In this document: piece after piece, positions 1 through 12,709 of the stretch
How positions within the stretch are numbered: position 1 is the first letter of the stretch
Layout: each line of letters starts with the position of its first letter
DNA from: Flectonema sp. DT1601
Taxonomy: Eukaryota
DNA length: 64,000 nucleotides
Direction of reading: 5' to 3'
NCBI GenBank assembly: GCA_964019425.1
Contig: OZ025790.1
Location: 992,001-1,056,000, forward strand
Made by a program: the position numbers and the translations under genes
Notes under the pieces: model-generated
Told to the model about the DNA's origin: nothing
What the model saw: the letters and a program-made list of their open reading frames with translations, nothing else
The model's database searches: none

Positions 1-19
1 ATACAAATCCGGATGCGAA

Positions 20-200
20 AGGGTTCGGCCAAACCTGACTACAATAAGAAAATCAACAGTTGGTATCGATAAAAAGTTCCATATGTGCTGTCGAATATGG
101 GGATTCGGGGGCCACGTACTACAGGTTGAGCGCCTGCGAAATAAATAATGAACTCCGATAAGCCCAGAAAAAGAAAAAATCAAATTAAAACTATCAACAC
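20..200 (+). repeat. Dispersed ~150-250 bp repeat family, copy 1
   Basis: Shares ggttcRgccaaa.ctg, ccaacagtt and atgtgctgt..atatggggattc..ccacgta.tacag with the copies at 11661, 14070 and 25979. Its 3' part recurs at ~2757-2818. Confidence 0.8.
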
Positions 201-718
201 ATGTTATGAAGTACTGCAGTTATATCGAGTGCGACTTTTGACTGATATGCGTAATTATTGTGTTCTCGTCATCCATATCCTTTTATTATTCCTTTTTTTG
301 ACATTTTCTTGTTGTTACAAAACTTTAGACTTTTCCACAAACAGAGAACTATTGTTTTCAGGTACCTGAACTGATTGAAGTCCTTCACAACCTGTGAGAA
401 AGTCCTCTCCGATATCAATCACACCATTAAGAACAGTGAGGTCAAGCGAGGTGGTGGAAGAACAGCCTATATGTACCATTTTGAGTGCTGTCATTCAGGC
501 TTGCTAGCACGGAGATGACGAGGCACTAAGATGGAAGAACAGCTTGCCAAGAACAAATCTCCAATTACTGCGACATTACTTAGACCAGAAAGTTTAGTTA
601 GCAAAGAAAGGTCTAGCGAAGTGATGAGAGACACAAACATTTAAGAAGTTACTCCAATTGCTGTGAGACTATACAGCCCAGAGAGTCAAGCGTTGTGATG
701 GAAGTACATTCGAATAAT

Positions 719-1381
719 TAACCAGTGTTTAGGGGTTGGAATCCCATGGATCCCGTCGCTCAGGCGTCCGGTGGAGGGCACTGTGAACGAGTTGCGGTCC
801 AGGTGGCGTCGGAAGGCCACCACACCAACAGATTTGTTTCTTCGCACAACAGTAGCTTGGGGACCGTAAGAGACCCAAGGTGGTTCACAACCGCTCGAAC
901 AACTGCGTGTGAAGGAACAGGATGGAAAAGAAAAGAAAATAAGAAAAGAAATGCCACACAAAAAAACGACGTAGTAAAACAGAGAGGTAGGGGGAGGGAT
1001 GGCCTCTTTCTCCACACATTGCATGAGTAACTCGCGGGGCTGATACTGTTAATACATTTCAGGCGACCTGAACTTATAATCCCCCCATGCGTGAAAAGAC
1101 TAAACGGGGGAGGTTTGAAGGAAATGGGGGTAAAGGGAAATCATGCCACTAAGGAAAAATAAAACCCCGGTGGCCCCTGTGAGCTCTGGGTGCCTGAGTA
1201 TCCCGGGCCGGATCACCTGACCTTCTGCTATGTTGTCCTTTTTATTTTAAAGGTTAGGCTACCGGAAAATAAAACGGGGGTAAAATAATACACAGCAACA
1301 ATACGTCAGCACTCTAGTTACACTCAAGGAGTGCATCCAGGTAACACCACGAGGAGGCGTGCTATCCGAGTTTCGTTACCC
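719..1381 (-). mobile_element. Short non-coding retroposon-like insertion with a 5' HDV-like ribozyme
   Basis: Non-LRR sequence between two LRR-coding segments. Its 5' boundary coincides with the predicted ribozyme cleavage site at 1381. No TSD or polyA tail seen; the 3' end is approximate. Confidence 0.6.
1307..1381 (-). ncRNA. HDV-like (double pseudoknot) self-cleaving ribozyme
   Basis: Minus strand: P1 GGGUAAC/GUUACCU with G.U at the cleavage site, P2 UAGCAC/GUGCUG, P3 GCC/GGU, L3 UCCUCGU, P1.1 CC/GG, P4 UGCACUC/GAGUGUA, and J4/2 ACUAGA containing the candidate catalytic C. Confidence 0.8.
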
Positions 1382-2858
1382 AAGTGATGGAAGAACATTT
1401 GTACAAGAACTCATCTCCAATTGCAGTGACACAATTCAGACCAGAGAGGTCAACTGAAGTGAGTAGAGGATACTCTCGTAAGAATGACTCTTCGATGGCT
1501 TGGACTTCAGAATTTGAATTGCGGAACGAAACCCGTTTTACTATTGGAGGTATCAATCCTTTCTCAAGTTTGAGGATATTGTTCTCTAAGAATGTGGGAG
1601 TGTCCAGAAAGAGACATTCTTCTTCGTCACCAGCCAGCCTGCGAAGCAGCTCCTCTCGCTTTGTTTCATCCACAAACCAGCTTTTACCAAATAAACGAAA
1701 TCGTTTCTTCCCCACCTCCAGCTCGCTGTTGGGCCCCACTCCATGAACAGCCAGACGCTTAGTTTCACAAAGAAGCTCTCCAGCGAACGACAGTTCGACT
1801 TCCTCCGCATCGATGCCCCACTCCTCGCCGCAGTCAACACGTCGCTCACGAGTGAATCAGCAACAGCTGTGAATGACACCACGGGAAGTCCCAAATCGAC
1901 ACAGAAACTTGCATTGTGTTGAGGAATGGCTGAAGTGGAGATAAGATAAGAATAGCGCACTGTATGCCATGTCGAAGAACCAAATATACACCTTTTTCCC
2001 ATCATCAATCCCTCATTAGCTGGCATCTCAAGAAACGCAAGCCGTAAAGACAGATCAAAGAGTCAGAGTACCTGAGAGGCGCCTTCTCTTACAAGAAGGA
2101 AATATAGAAATATCCTTTCGTAATTTATGTTGGAAAAAGTAATTTAATCCTTACACCACTGGTGATGAAATATCAAGTTTAAAAAAAAAAGAAAAAAAAA
2201 AGGGGAGGAAATTGGCTAAGTCTGTGTCTTCACATGCTTAGTACAATGATCTATGTTTCACCGCCATCGAGAACCAACAACCCCATGCTACTGTTTTCTG
2301 AGTGAGATTTCTGAGTGCGAGCAATGCATTGCGTCCAGAATCATATTAAAGTACAAGTTAGTTTATTCTGAGGTGATCTCCGGCAATAATGAGATATAAT
2401 TATAAATATTTCGTGAAACTTGCGTATTAAAGAGATGTATTTTTTAAACAAATTTGACGGTATTGGAGGTCAGCGAGGGACATTTGACTCCTTTCATGTC
2501 ATGTTGCTCAGAGACCTCGTCCCGTACATTTTATACGGAGGTAACTTCCAGCCTCAAGCATGTGACGTAGAAGTTGATGAGGTGCTCAAGATATCGCAGT
2601 GTACTTTTTGTACTTTCTGAAGGGACCCCTGTTCACCTTTGCCTAAATCAAAATTGCAAAACTTCAAAAAAAAAAAAAAAAAATACTGACTTTCCATCAG
2701 TGCTGCAAGTGTTAAGAAAAACTAAAAATCGATTCAAAGACAGAGTGCCTGAGAGGCAGCCTGCGAAATAAATAATGAAGCCCTGATAAACCCAGAAAAA
2801 TAAAAGGTCAAATTGATGTTGTTCAAACATCAAAGGATAAGGTACTTTATGTTTTCTT

Positions 2859-4673
2859 TTAGACAGTACAGCTGTAGGCACCATTTTGGAGACACCACTC
2901 AGGTTGTAATGCCGCAGTTATTATTCCTTTCTCCACAAGACGTGAACGATGATATTGCATTCTGGGGTCAGCTTGTTGCCAAGTTCCAGATGGGTCGCTC
3001 CACAACCTCTCTGCTAACGCTGCCGCACGAGGCCATAAGGCAGTCATAACGGAAATTGAATCATAGTGTTCAGTCCACATAGTTGCCTCGAACCCTTTTA
3101 AATTAATCATCGAGTCAGGATTGACTTTCTTACCCCAAACACCTAAAGTTGTAGGGACAGAGTCGTAAATGGTATACCAAGAGTTGTATTTACACCAGCT
3201 TTTGTCTTGTTCTATCCAAGCTGATCCACCACAGTCGAGGTACAGCAGATCATAATTTGATATCACAACCGAATAGCCTTCATTTATTAGAGTTGGTGCC
3301 AATGAGTTCGTGTACGAGTCGCATATCTGAAACATAAACTTGTCAACAGGGAAAGTAACATTCCTTCCCGGTTGGGTTACTAAGTTCCAAGTACCTGTGG
3401 CAGTGCCTGCCCATTGCATTATTTTGTCTAAATTAGCATTCTGAGATGAGTACACCTGCTCCATGTTCTTCAAGGATTTTTCAGTAAAATTTCTCCAAAC
3501 TCCGTACCAAGTCTCTGCATCACTCCTGTCGTATCCGTTTGTTGACAACCAGTCGACTACACTTTTAGCTTTTTCACTGTTATTCCAACAGGACTTTTGA
3601 GAAGTTTCAGAACCCACTATAACTTCATCACCACCCATGTGAAAGATAGTCGGATTCAATGAGGTTACGAGTGTCTTGTAGATGTCTTTTAGTATTTTAT
3701 GAACATTTTCATTCACTGGATTCAGTTGTCCAGAAGGAGGTTCAAGTGACGAGTTCCATTGAAGATCTGGAGCATTGCAGACAACGAGATCACCGAGACC
3801 CGCTTCAGGTCCCCACTCCCAACCAGCGCGGGCATGTGCTGGCTGATCAATTTCAGGAATCAATCTGACGCCCCAAACAGTTGAATAGTTTGATAAGATT
3901 TCTAAATCTTTAATTCGATATACTTCACTGTCACTGTATGCTCCAGTCTCTGTAACATTTAATCTCCCCGTGACTTCGATAGGGAATGAAGCTGTATCTG
4001 ATATGTGTAAGTGCAACGAATTCAGTTTTGACATTCCCATCGCTCGGATGTTCATTTTCAACGTTTCCATTGAAATGAAATTTCTTGAGACGTCGATCAT
4101 TAGACCTCTGTAAGGGTACTTTGGGGAATCTGTGATGGTCACCTTAGTTGGACTTCTATAAACTTTATTAGTCTTACTGTATGTTATTAGTTGTGAAATA
4201 GTGGTTAGCCCGTGTCGAGCACCGAAAATCGTATCCGCAGTAACTTCATATCCAGAGTCGCCTCCTACTATTGCATAACTTTCGTTGGTAGATAGTCCAA
4301 GAGTGGGATTCGAACTTGATACTTTTAGAGAAATTTTTAAAGGAACGCCAGTGATAGATTTTCCCTTAGTAAATGCAATAGCTGTAAATTCTTGTTCCAT
4401 TGAAATCATTAAGCCTCTTACAGCTGTGGGTATATTAGTGATGTCCCAGACTACGTTACCGTCTAAAGAACGACCAGTTTCAGACATTGTTAGGGTAGAC
4501 GGGTACGGCCATAATCTCTTCTCGCATAAAATAAAACACTCATCCAGTTCTGTTCCTGACGCAGAGGTGCCTCCCTGTTCACATTTTCCTGACACGCAGT
4601 TGAAAAATTTTTTTGGGATTGTTACGGCACCCAGACACGCAATCTGAGCCAACAGAACTACTTTTGTTAACAT
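2859..4673 (-). CDS. Beta-N-acetylhexosaminidase (glycoside hydrolase family 20), secreted
   Basis: 604 aa with a signal peptide and GH20 motifs YRGLMIDVSRNF, LHLHISDTASFP, PEIDQPAH, FHMGGDEV (catalytic DE), EATMWTE and WPRAAALAERLW. Confidence 0.95.
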   Translation of the reverse strand: MLTKVVLLAQIACLGAVTIPKKFFNCVSGKCEQGGTSASGTELDECFILCEKRLWPYPSTLTMSETGRSLDGNVVWDITNIPTAVRGLMISMEQEFTAIAFTKGKSITGVPLKISLKVSSSNPTLGLSTNESYAIVGGDSGYEVTADTIFGARHGLTTISQLITYSKTNKVYRSPTKVTITDSPKYPYRGLMIDVSRNFISMETLKMNIRAMGMSKLNSLHLHISDTASFPIEVTGRLNVTETGAYSDSEVYRIKDLEILSNYSTVWGVRLIPEIDQPAHARAGWEWGPEAGLGDLVVCNAPDLQWNSSLEPPSGQLNPVNENVHKILKDIYKTLVTSLNPTIFHMGGDEVIVGSETSQKSCWNNSEKAKSVVDWLSTNGYDRSDAETWYGVWRNFTEKSLKNMEQVYSSQNANLDKIMQWAGTATGTWNLVTQPGRNVTFPVDKFMFQICDSYTNSLAPTLINEGYSVVISNYDLLYLDCGGSAWIEQDKSWCKYNSWYTIYDSVPTTLGVWGKKVNPDSMINLKGFEATMWTEHYDSISVMTALWPRAAALAERLWSDPSGTWQQADPRMQYHRSRLVEKGIITAALQPEWCLQNGAYSCTV

Positions 4674-5146
4674 GTTTCTGTTGGGAAAAAAAAAAGGGGG
4701 AAAATTAAATTAATGCATCGATACAAACAATCAAATGGTTGGTTCCTTGATTAAGCGTCTGCCATGTTCTCAGGATTTCGAACGAGGATACTTTCTATTA
4801 TTAGTATTTTTTTTTTTTTTTTTTTTTTTTTTGCATTTGACTTGTGTTATAAGGAATGAAAAAGAATGTTTGGCAACACACGTAAACCTCCTTTAGCTTT
4901 TTCAGCTTAAGTCGGTTTACAGTTTCGTAACACAAACATCAACAGGTACTATATTACTATGTTCTGTATAGTTTAAGTTAAAGCTAAATTATTTTCTTTT
5001 TTTTTTCTTTTTTTTTTCTTCTAAAAACTGCTGAAGGGAAGTAGGGGGACCGACGAAGGCGACAAATGACGATTTTAACTTTAGTCTCATAACTTCCACC
5101 AGGCAACATACACCCGGCCGACTATTAGAGAGAAAGAGCTGTGTAT

Positions 5147-5177
<31 letters not shown>

Positions 5178-5290
5178 TAAAAAAGAACCTGCTGCTCTCT
5201 AACCCTCCACAGCAAGCAGGGACTACGGGATTACCGAATCAGGTTAGTACAGCAAGCTATGTGTTGGGACAGAAAAACCGCGGCAGAAAG

Positions 5291-5322
<32 letters not shown>

Positions 5323-6881
5323 AACAATTCCTTCACCAATTAGTCGACCGAGTATGTATACATCGCCTGCCTAAAGTTGTAAAGTACTTTATTCTTTCTG
5401 TTTCTTGATTGAAGTTCAATGAGGAAGGGGGTGGAGAAAAAGAGGGGAAAAAAAGAGTCTCACGACTCTTTACTTGATGATTCAAGGCGACAAAGTAATA
5501 ATATAAAAGTGGTGGGTTACTTAACGTTATACTTAACATCAGGCAACCAGAAATATTTTTGGTTGCCATGTGAGAAGACAAATCAGTCTAGTGAGGGGAG
5601 TGGCAACTCTACAATAAAAAAAAAAAAAAAAAAAACTCAAAGCATACTTATATTCGCTTTATGCGTGTACCACGAAAAATTGGGTCATGGGTGAAGCAAA
5701 AAATACGACTGTCGCAAAAAAAAAAAAAAAAAAAAAAAAATTCCAAACGTTATTTTGCATTTATACGGAATCCGACTCGGTCCCAACAACCCATGTTAGA
5801 TAGTTTACCTTAGGTAGTAATAATAATTATCAGTCAATCAAAAAAAAAAAAAAAAGTAAAAATCCGTAGGACAACCAAACCAATGTTAGATGGTTTATGG
5901 CGACATTTTTACTTCAGAGGGCAGAAATTGTGAGCTTTTTTTTGTTTTACTCACAAAAAAAAAAATCCCAAGCAACTCATTTACTTTTTTGATTGATATG
6001 CGGATCGAACAACGAGATGTTCACTTTCAACTCTACAGAATTAGGTAAAACTAAACTACCTGTGACTCACTCCGTAAATGTTAACATAAAAATATAGTAA
6101 ACCTAGTGAAGCAACAAATCAAAATAAAACAAAAACATCTTTTCAAGTACGGTTGACAAATATTATATTTCCAGGGCATCAACTTTTTTTTTTTTTTTTT
6201 TTTTTTTCTATTTTTTTTTTTTTTTTTAAATTTAAAGCCATTAATGCTTCGTAAAAGCAACAACATTTTCTCATTTGTGAACATTGTGGTAATATACAAC
6301 TCATATATTAAGGAGGAAAGAAAAGAAAGAAAAACATAATCAACTTTTGGTTATACATTTTTTGAGACTACCAAGCATTTGATTCTACACACCAGGTTTG
6401 TTCAGGAAGAAAGAAAAAAGCTCCGCGACGAGTGTCTTCAGTGCTGCTGGAAGAAAAAAAAAAAAAAAAAAACCATAGCCGAGAATAATATATCCTTGAC
6501 AGACCCACAGTGGCATGTAATGCAGGTAAATCATAAGACTCATCAAAAAAAAGTGAGGTTTTGCCAAAAAAAAAAAAAAAAATGGGGGGAAAACAAAGAT
6601 TTTTTTTCAAAAACCACAAAAGAGGAAATTCCAGAAACGGGATTTTTATTTTTTTTTTTTTTTTTTTCTCTCCCCTCCTGAAAAAACACTACCCCTTTCG
6701 CAGTATTGACAAAAACGTCACAACTGTTCGAGAATCAAAGTTAACTAACGTAAACATCAGAAGTTTTTTTTGAGGTAACTAAAAGCAATGTTAGTTTATT
6801 ATTATTAATTTTATTTTTTATTTTTGGGAGGGAAGGGAAAAGGTCAAAAAAAAAAAAAGAGAATGAGAACAACGACAATTA

Positions 6882-9326
6882 TCACAACAACAAAGACAAC
6901 ACACACAGAAGGAGCATTACGACAGACGCCGAAAGACCTCCAGCGCTGTTAGGATGCACAAGAGATACGTATGCAATGTTATCGAAATTCTTTAACACGG
7001 GATCAAGTTGAAGAAATCCCTTGAGAGCGAGAACCTGAGAATCGTAGGTAATACTTTCAGTTGAGCTCCCCAAATAAGAAAATGATGCTATCAGATTTGT
7101 GCCAACACATGATAACCGAAGAGTTCCTATTCTCACTCCAGATCCAAAAGCTTGGACAACATATGCTTGAACCACAGCTGTATTCGATCCAGCGGCTACG
7201 TAACCACCACAGTCAAACGTTCCAGTCGTCATAGTCATTGTCAGTACAATACTTCTTAACACATTAGTTGGTGGTGTTGGTGGTACTGGAGTACTACCCC
7301 CCTGAGAACCTAAAATATCAAACATACTAATTTCAACTATCTCAGCAGGGAATATCGAATAGGTATATAACGACACTGATACCAACCTCGCATCAATAAT
7401 ACTTCCTGAGTGGTACCAGCTCTTTTGCAAAGACATCTTAAATGCAGCATCGTGAGTAATTGCCGCAACAAAACCAAAACTATACGCCACAATAATGGCT
7501 TTTTTTTCAGGAACGTAGAAAACTTTAATGGCGCGTATGTCTTTGAAGAATGTGACCTGTTCTCTCGCAAAAGACCCTCTGAGAGTTAAGCTGGAAGTTT
7601 CTTTGTTAAATTGGTACAACGAAACTGCCTGTCCAACGTTAACAATCCAAATTACTCCTGCCGCATCTTGAACTGCAGTACGCACGTCAGAATCAGATCC
7701 AGCTCGGATGGCTATGAGACTAGCTTTTCGTACGTTGGCAATATCGGAGAAGTCAGCAACAACAAGGGAACTGCATGTTGAATAAAAGCAAAACTTTCTA
7801 TCAAAAACACCAACAGGAACAGCCTTCAAGCAGTTCCCGGTGTTCTCAACTACAATTGTTCCTACACTACGACCATAAGTTGCGAGTTCAAAGGTGAAAT
7901 CCCAGACTTGGAGTCTAGTTGCTGAGTCACCACTAACAAGATACCCATCATTGAAAACAACAAATTGTTGTTGTGGTAGCGCACCGCTGGTGTTCTTTTG
8001 AGAAATCGCAGAAGGAAGTCCACTCGCCGATTCAAAAACAGTAAAATGATTAGCATCATTGGAGTATGAGATTGTGTACAATTCATCAACTGCTTTATCG
8101 TAAAAAGACTGAGATACGTATCCAGGAGCTCTAGTAAACCCTGTTGCGCTAAGCTGAGAAAATTCCGATGTTATAGAAGACTTGTAAAGCCAATCAACAG
8201 ACCCATCAGTAGTCAATACAATATTGTTAACATTAGTACTAGTAAGATGGTATGTGTTTATTTTTTCGTAATTGTAAGAAGGGATCGCTGTAGATCTGAC
8301 AGCGAGCGTCGCATCAGTCCCGTCCATCTTATTTGGATAAATAGAAAATACCCTTGAGTCTACTGCGGTCATTAATAGTGTGTCATCGTATATTTTTAAA
8401 ATATAATCTGAACTCGTGAATGTTGGATTAAAAACTATTTCTTTGACTACAGGATTACTACCAGTAGCGTCAATCATGAACCCTCCGTAGTTAACACAAC
8501 CCAGGTAGGCTATCTTATCAGATGCATCCATATTGATGCACCCACGTGGAATTCTGATAGTCTTACCTCCAGCTTGTGTGTATGAACCGCTAGTTGTGTC
8601 AATAATTGTTATTTCAGGAGAGTATTGAAGAACAGCGAATAGAATGCCATCAGTGACTCCAATCATGTGAATGAAATCATTTGCTGCTTCCGGAACATCA
8701 CTCATAACAGACCTGATGGTAATCTTGTAGCTCTCACTTGGAAATTTAAACGACTCGATTTCATTTCTTCCAATTATCCAGATGGAATCTTCAGTGGATG
8801 GATGGATGTGAGTGTTTCTATAAAACGGATTAATTACCTTTGTTTCCTTCAGGGCATTTCCATTGGCTAAGTCGTACCAACGAAGAGTCTTGTCGGAAAC
8901 GTAGAATAGACTTGTTCGATATGTCCATCCGTGTGGTGCTCTGTTTCCAATTCCATTACTTGTTGCGACATTCGCAAATCTTTCAACGAAAGTAATTTCA
9001 TCGTTATTAGTTCCTCCTCTGATTATGTCAATGACTCTGATGTTGGTTCCATCGTAAGCGCATCCTCTCAGAACTGCCGCATCAACTTCTTCCATATTCA
9101 AATTCGAAAACGTCCGAGCACCATACGTTGCTGTAGGAGTACCAAACGGTTGTAGGGACACTTCAATTCTGCCTTCTGCATTTAGGTAAACCAACATTTC
9201 CTTCTCGTAGTAGGGATTTCTCACAGAAAATGGCTTCTCAGCTGGTATTGTTTGAGGACTAGCCTCGTCACCTAAATCAGCATTGCATACCACCAGAGTT
9301 GCTATTAAAGCAATCGTTCTGATCAT
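6882..9326 (-). CDS. Surface protein, probably beta-propeller-rich with a C-terminal GPI/TM signal
   Basis: Long ORF. The likely start MIRTIALIATLVVCNA is a signal peptide; the upstream poly-K comes from a polyT tract. It has a beta-strand-rich body, a PTP linker and a hydrophobic C-terminus SAGGLSASVVMLLLCVLSLLL. The fold is inferred. Confidence 0.8.
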   Translation of the reverse strand: MIRTIALIATLVVCNADLGDEASPQTIPAEKPFSVRNPYYEKEMLVYLNAEGRIEVSLQPFGTPTATYGARTFSNLNMEEVDAAVLRGCAYDGTNIRVIDIIRGGTNNDEITFVERFANVATSNGIGNRAPHGWTYRTSLFYVSDKTLRWYDLANGNALKETKVINPFYRNTHIHPSTEDSIWIIGRNEIESFKFPSESYKITIRSVMSDVPEAANDFIHMIGVTDGILFAVLQYSPEITIIDTTSGSYTQAGGKTIRIPRGCINMDASDKIAYLGCVNYGGFMIDATGSNPVVKEIVFNPTFTSSDYILKIYDDTLLMTAVDSRVFSIYPNKMDGTDATLAVRSTAIPSYNYEKINTYHLTSTNVNNIVLTTDGSVDWLYKSSITSEFSQLSATGFTRAPGYVSQSFYDKAVDELYTISYSNDANHFTVFESASGLPSAISQKNTSGALPQQQFVVFNDGYLVSGDSATRLQVWDFTFELATYGRSVGTIVVENTGNCLKAVPVGVFDRKFCFYSTCSSLVVADFSDIANVRKASLIAIRAGSDSDVRTAVQDAAGVIWIVNVGQAVSLYQFNKETSSLTLRGSFAREQVTFFKDIRAIKVFYVPEKKAIIVAYSFGFVAAITHDAAFKMSLQKSWYHSGSIIDARLVSVSLYTYSIFPAEIVEISMFDILGSQGGSTPVPPTPPTNVLRSIVLTMTMTTGTFDCGGYVAAGSNTAVVQAYVVQAFGSGVRIGTLRLSCVGTNLIASFSYLGSSTESITYDSQVLALKGFLQLDPVLKNFDNIAYVSLVHPNSAGGLSASVVMLLLCVLSLLL

Positions 9327-11660
9327 TTTTTTTTTTTTTTTTTTTTTTTTTCCCTTTGTTTTCTTATTAACCACCTAGGTAATACGAGATGATGTTTTTT
9401 TTTTTTTTTTGTGATTTTAAGAAACATAATAAAAGTGACGTGAATACAGATGACAGCTGGATTTATTTATTTACGAATCCAAGCAGCCAAAAACCAGGAA
9501 AAGCTCAACAGGGGGTAACAGTTATATCGCTTCCAACAACCGTACCTGTAATGAGAAAGCGAATTTTAATATAAAAATATCATAAAAACTACAACAACGG
9601 GACAAGTTCTTCTTCGAAACATTTTTTTTTTTTTTTTTTTTTTTTTGAATCGTGAAAGAATACAACACATAACGTCTTGTCTTGCATCACAACTTCTATT
9701 CACTTTTTTTTCCCCCTTACATTCCTTTAAAAAAAAAAAAAAAAAAAGAGAGACCGCAATACAATATTAAGGATTGTTGTAGGAAGAAAGAAAGAAAAAC
9801 GAAACGTGAGAAGAAACAACAAAAAAAAAAATAATAATTATAACGAAATAACATAAATAACTAATCAGATATTTCAGTACACCTATTGGGTAGCTGTTAC
9901 TGTGGCTTTTTCTCCTCTTTCGGCGAATCATTTTTTTTTTTTTTTTTCTTAGAAATATGGCTTTTGATTTATCTACTCACCCCCATGTCACACTAAATCT
10001 CCATCATGTGTTCATAATCGAAGTCAGGGAAGTCAAAGACTGTCACAGGCGAGGAGACGTAAATTGACTACCCCACGTGCACGAAACAACAACAACAAAA
10101 CAAAAAAAACAAAACAAAAAAACTATTCAGATAATAGCCTAGTTATATATATTTCGTTGATCGCAGACAGTTTTACTGGCACCACAGGGAAAAAGAAGGA
10201 TAACACTTTTGACCATAATAAAATAAACGGATCTTAATCTGAATAGTTTCTTCTACGACTTCGTCGGTGCAGGTGCAGGGAAAAAAAAAAAGGGAAAAAA
10301 TATATTATTTATAAATACGAAACCACTCCATACTCACAGAGTGAATGGGGAAACAAAAAGAGGGGGGAAAAAGGAGAAACGGATTCTTGCTTAGAAACCT
10401 TATTATAGATTCAGCCATGAAGAAACTTAAGTTCTCAATGTCAGGTGCTGAATGCTATTTTGTGTATCCCAGTTCACGTACTTGCTACGGGACCTGATGA
10501 CAGCCCTTTCACTTTTTGTGTTGAAAAAAAAAAAAAAAAAAAAAAAAAGGAAGAAAAAATAAATAAATAAATAAATAAAATTATTTCCATTTCGAAAATC
10601 GTGATACCCCAAAGAGAGGGAAATCTCAATTTCACAAACAAAAAAAAAAAAAAAAAAAACCAAATAAATAACAGTTAGGAAGATAGACGGAAACACGAAA
10701 CTGATTTTTCACATCAGAAAAAAAGGGGGAAAATAAATGCAAGACTGTCCAGAGAGCCCTGAGGCACCCAGTATCTATTGTCAGTTGGGAGAACTTGTGG
10801 TGACTCACAGCAACAGGAGGACTGATGATAATAAAAATATTTTTTCGCAGGTCGCTGAGAAATTAAAAAGTTGGTTTATTCTAACTTTAGCAAAGCAACT
10901 TGAGGGGAAAAAAAGGAGAAAAAAAAAAGAAAAAAAAATCCACAAAAATGAACTAGTTTCTTCCATAATATTATAAAAGTTTTGATTTTGCAAAAATTAA
11001 ATAAAAACAAAAGGAAGGGAACAAAAAGGTGTGAACAACATCATCACCAGCGGATTATTTTAATTTTTAACTCAGTGTTGAGAAAGACTTTATAGCGCCT
11101 GAGGTCACGAATAAAGAGCGACATCGGATTTCTGGTTTTTTCAAAAAAAAAAAAAACTCGCAACGTCACATTTTTTATTATACCCATGTACCAGGATCTG
11201 GGGGTTCAGAAGGAAGGAGAAAGATAAGAATAATTTTAAAAAAAAAAGAAAGAATCTGCATACTTTACTTTTTTATTTTTTTCACTTCACACTAGTTGCG
11301 CAACCCGGTACAAAATCCTAATAAAGGAATAGGTTAGTTACGCTGCCACGATTCTCTTTCTACCGAACAATGGGTTTGCAGGTATAAAAAAAATTTGGTT
11401 TTATAACAAAACCTGATGGTTTTTTTTTTTTTTTTTTTTTTTTTTTTCGTTGCACGAAAAAGCGTAACATGATAAAAACTTTGAAAGCAAAAAAAGTAAG
11501 ACGCAAATACTGCGATAATATTGGAGGGGGAAAAAAAAAAAAAAAAAAAACAAGCGATCCAGTCAGCCAATTAAACCAACTGAAGTAAGAAGGACCATCT
11601 ACCCGTTAATTATATCACACTGCTGCCTCCTCCTCCCCGACAGGAGGAAGGGGGATTTGA

Positions 11661-11920
11661 TTATAAAGCAACTTGAAACTGGCTAAAACGAATATACGGG
11701 TTCAGCCAAACCTGGTTGCGATGAAAAAAAGACCAACAGTTGGTATCGATAAAATCCCGTGTGCTGACGAGTCGGAGGGGGTTGAATGTTTGAATTCGTA
11801 AAATTTCGAACTGTTTTGTATTAACAAAACGATAATTTAACATCTGTTAAGGATACAGTGAACTATCGTGATGCTGCTTTAGACGTCTCGTATCTGGTAA
11901 TTCGGGGACCACGTACTAAA
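11661..11920 (+). repeat. Dispersed repeat family copy
   Basis: Begins tataaagcaacttgaaactggctaaaa; attcggggaccacgtac lies at ~11900. Confidence 0.75.
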
Positions 11921-12324
11921 GTTAATTGGCTAAATCAAAACTAAGGAGGGTAGGAACTCTTTGGAATTAAATACTACCATATTGCCAAACAGCTGCATGC
12001 AATTCCCCAACTTATTTTATTTTTTTTATTCTTTTTTTCGTCAACGCCACCCGCAGGGGGAAAGGGAATAACACACAAAGCTCAAGCTATGCTTTTTTTT
12101 TTTTTTTTTTTTTTTTTCCTCGGACGGGGGGTAGGCAATCAAATCACCTACAGCGGTGAGTGGATGAAACAGGTCAACCGAGCGATAGCGCACACCCTTG
12201 AAGTGGTGCAAGCTCACAAGGGTATCTTTCCTAAACTGAAAGCTGATTGTTGAAAATTCTCATAAAAAGGTTATGATACAATCAATCGATCTGTCATTAG
12301 CATGGTCAGGGATTATTATTATTT

Positions 12325-12358
<34 letters not shown>

Positions 12359-12709
12359 GCTGTTTGCTGCAACTCCTTTCCGAGATAATAAAAAAAGAAA
12401 AAAAAATATGAAATAAAATATAAAAAAAAACCTAAAGATAGAACTCAAAAAACAATTTGGCTCTTGTCTGCCTACGTTTTTTGCTTTTTTGAGTAAATTA
12501 AAATATAACACCCAAGAAGACACATACAACACCAACACCAACACAACACAATTCGGATAAGAAAGGAAAAAACGGATCCCCTCACGGGGGTTTAACGTTA
12601 TTCACGTTTTAGCTTATTTTTTTTTTTTTTTTTTTTTGATTTTTTTTTTTTTTTTGAAATCGAACATTAGAAAGAAAAAAAAAAACCGACCAGACTTAAA
12701 TATAAATAT

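Larger units (their letters stand above)
400..1920 (-). pseudogene. Leucine-rich repeat (BspA-like) protein pseudogene interrupted by an insertion
   Basis: ORF 1362-1739 has LRR units (LTSVDLSGLNCVTAIGDEFLYKCSSIT) and breaks at 1382/1381. Degenerate LRR codons (LFECTSITTLD, ITSLDLS, VAVIGDLFL, TSLDLTVLNGVIDIGEDF) resume below ~718 with frameshifts. The upstream part lies in another frame (ORF 1586-2026). Outer boundaries are approximate. Confidence 0.75.
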
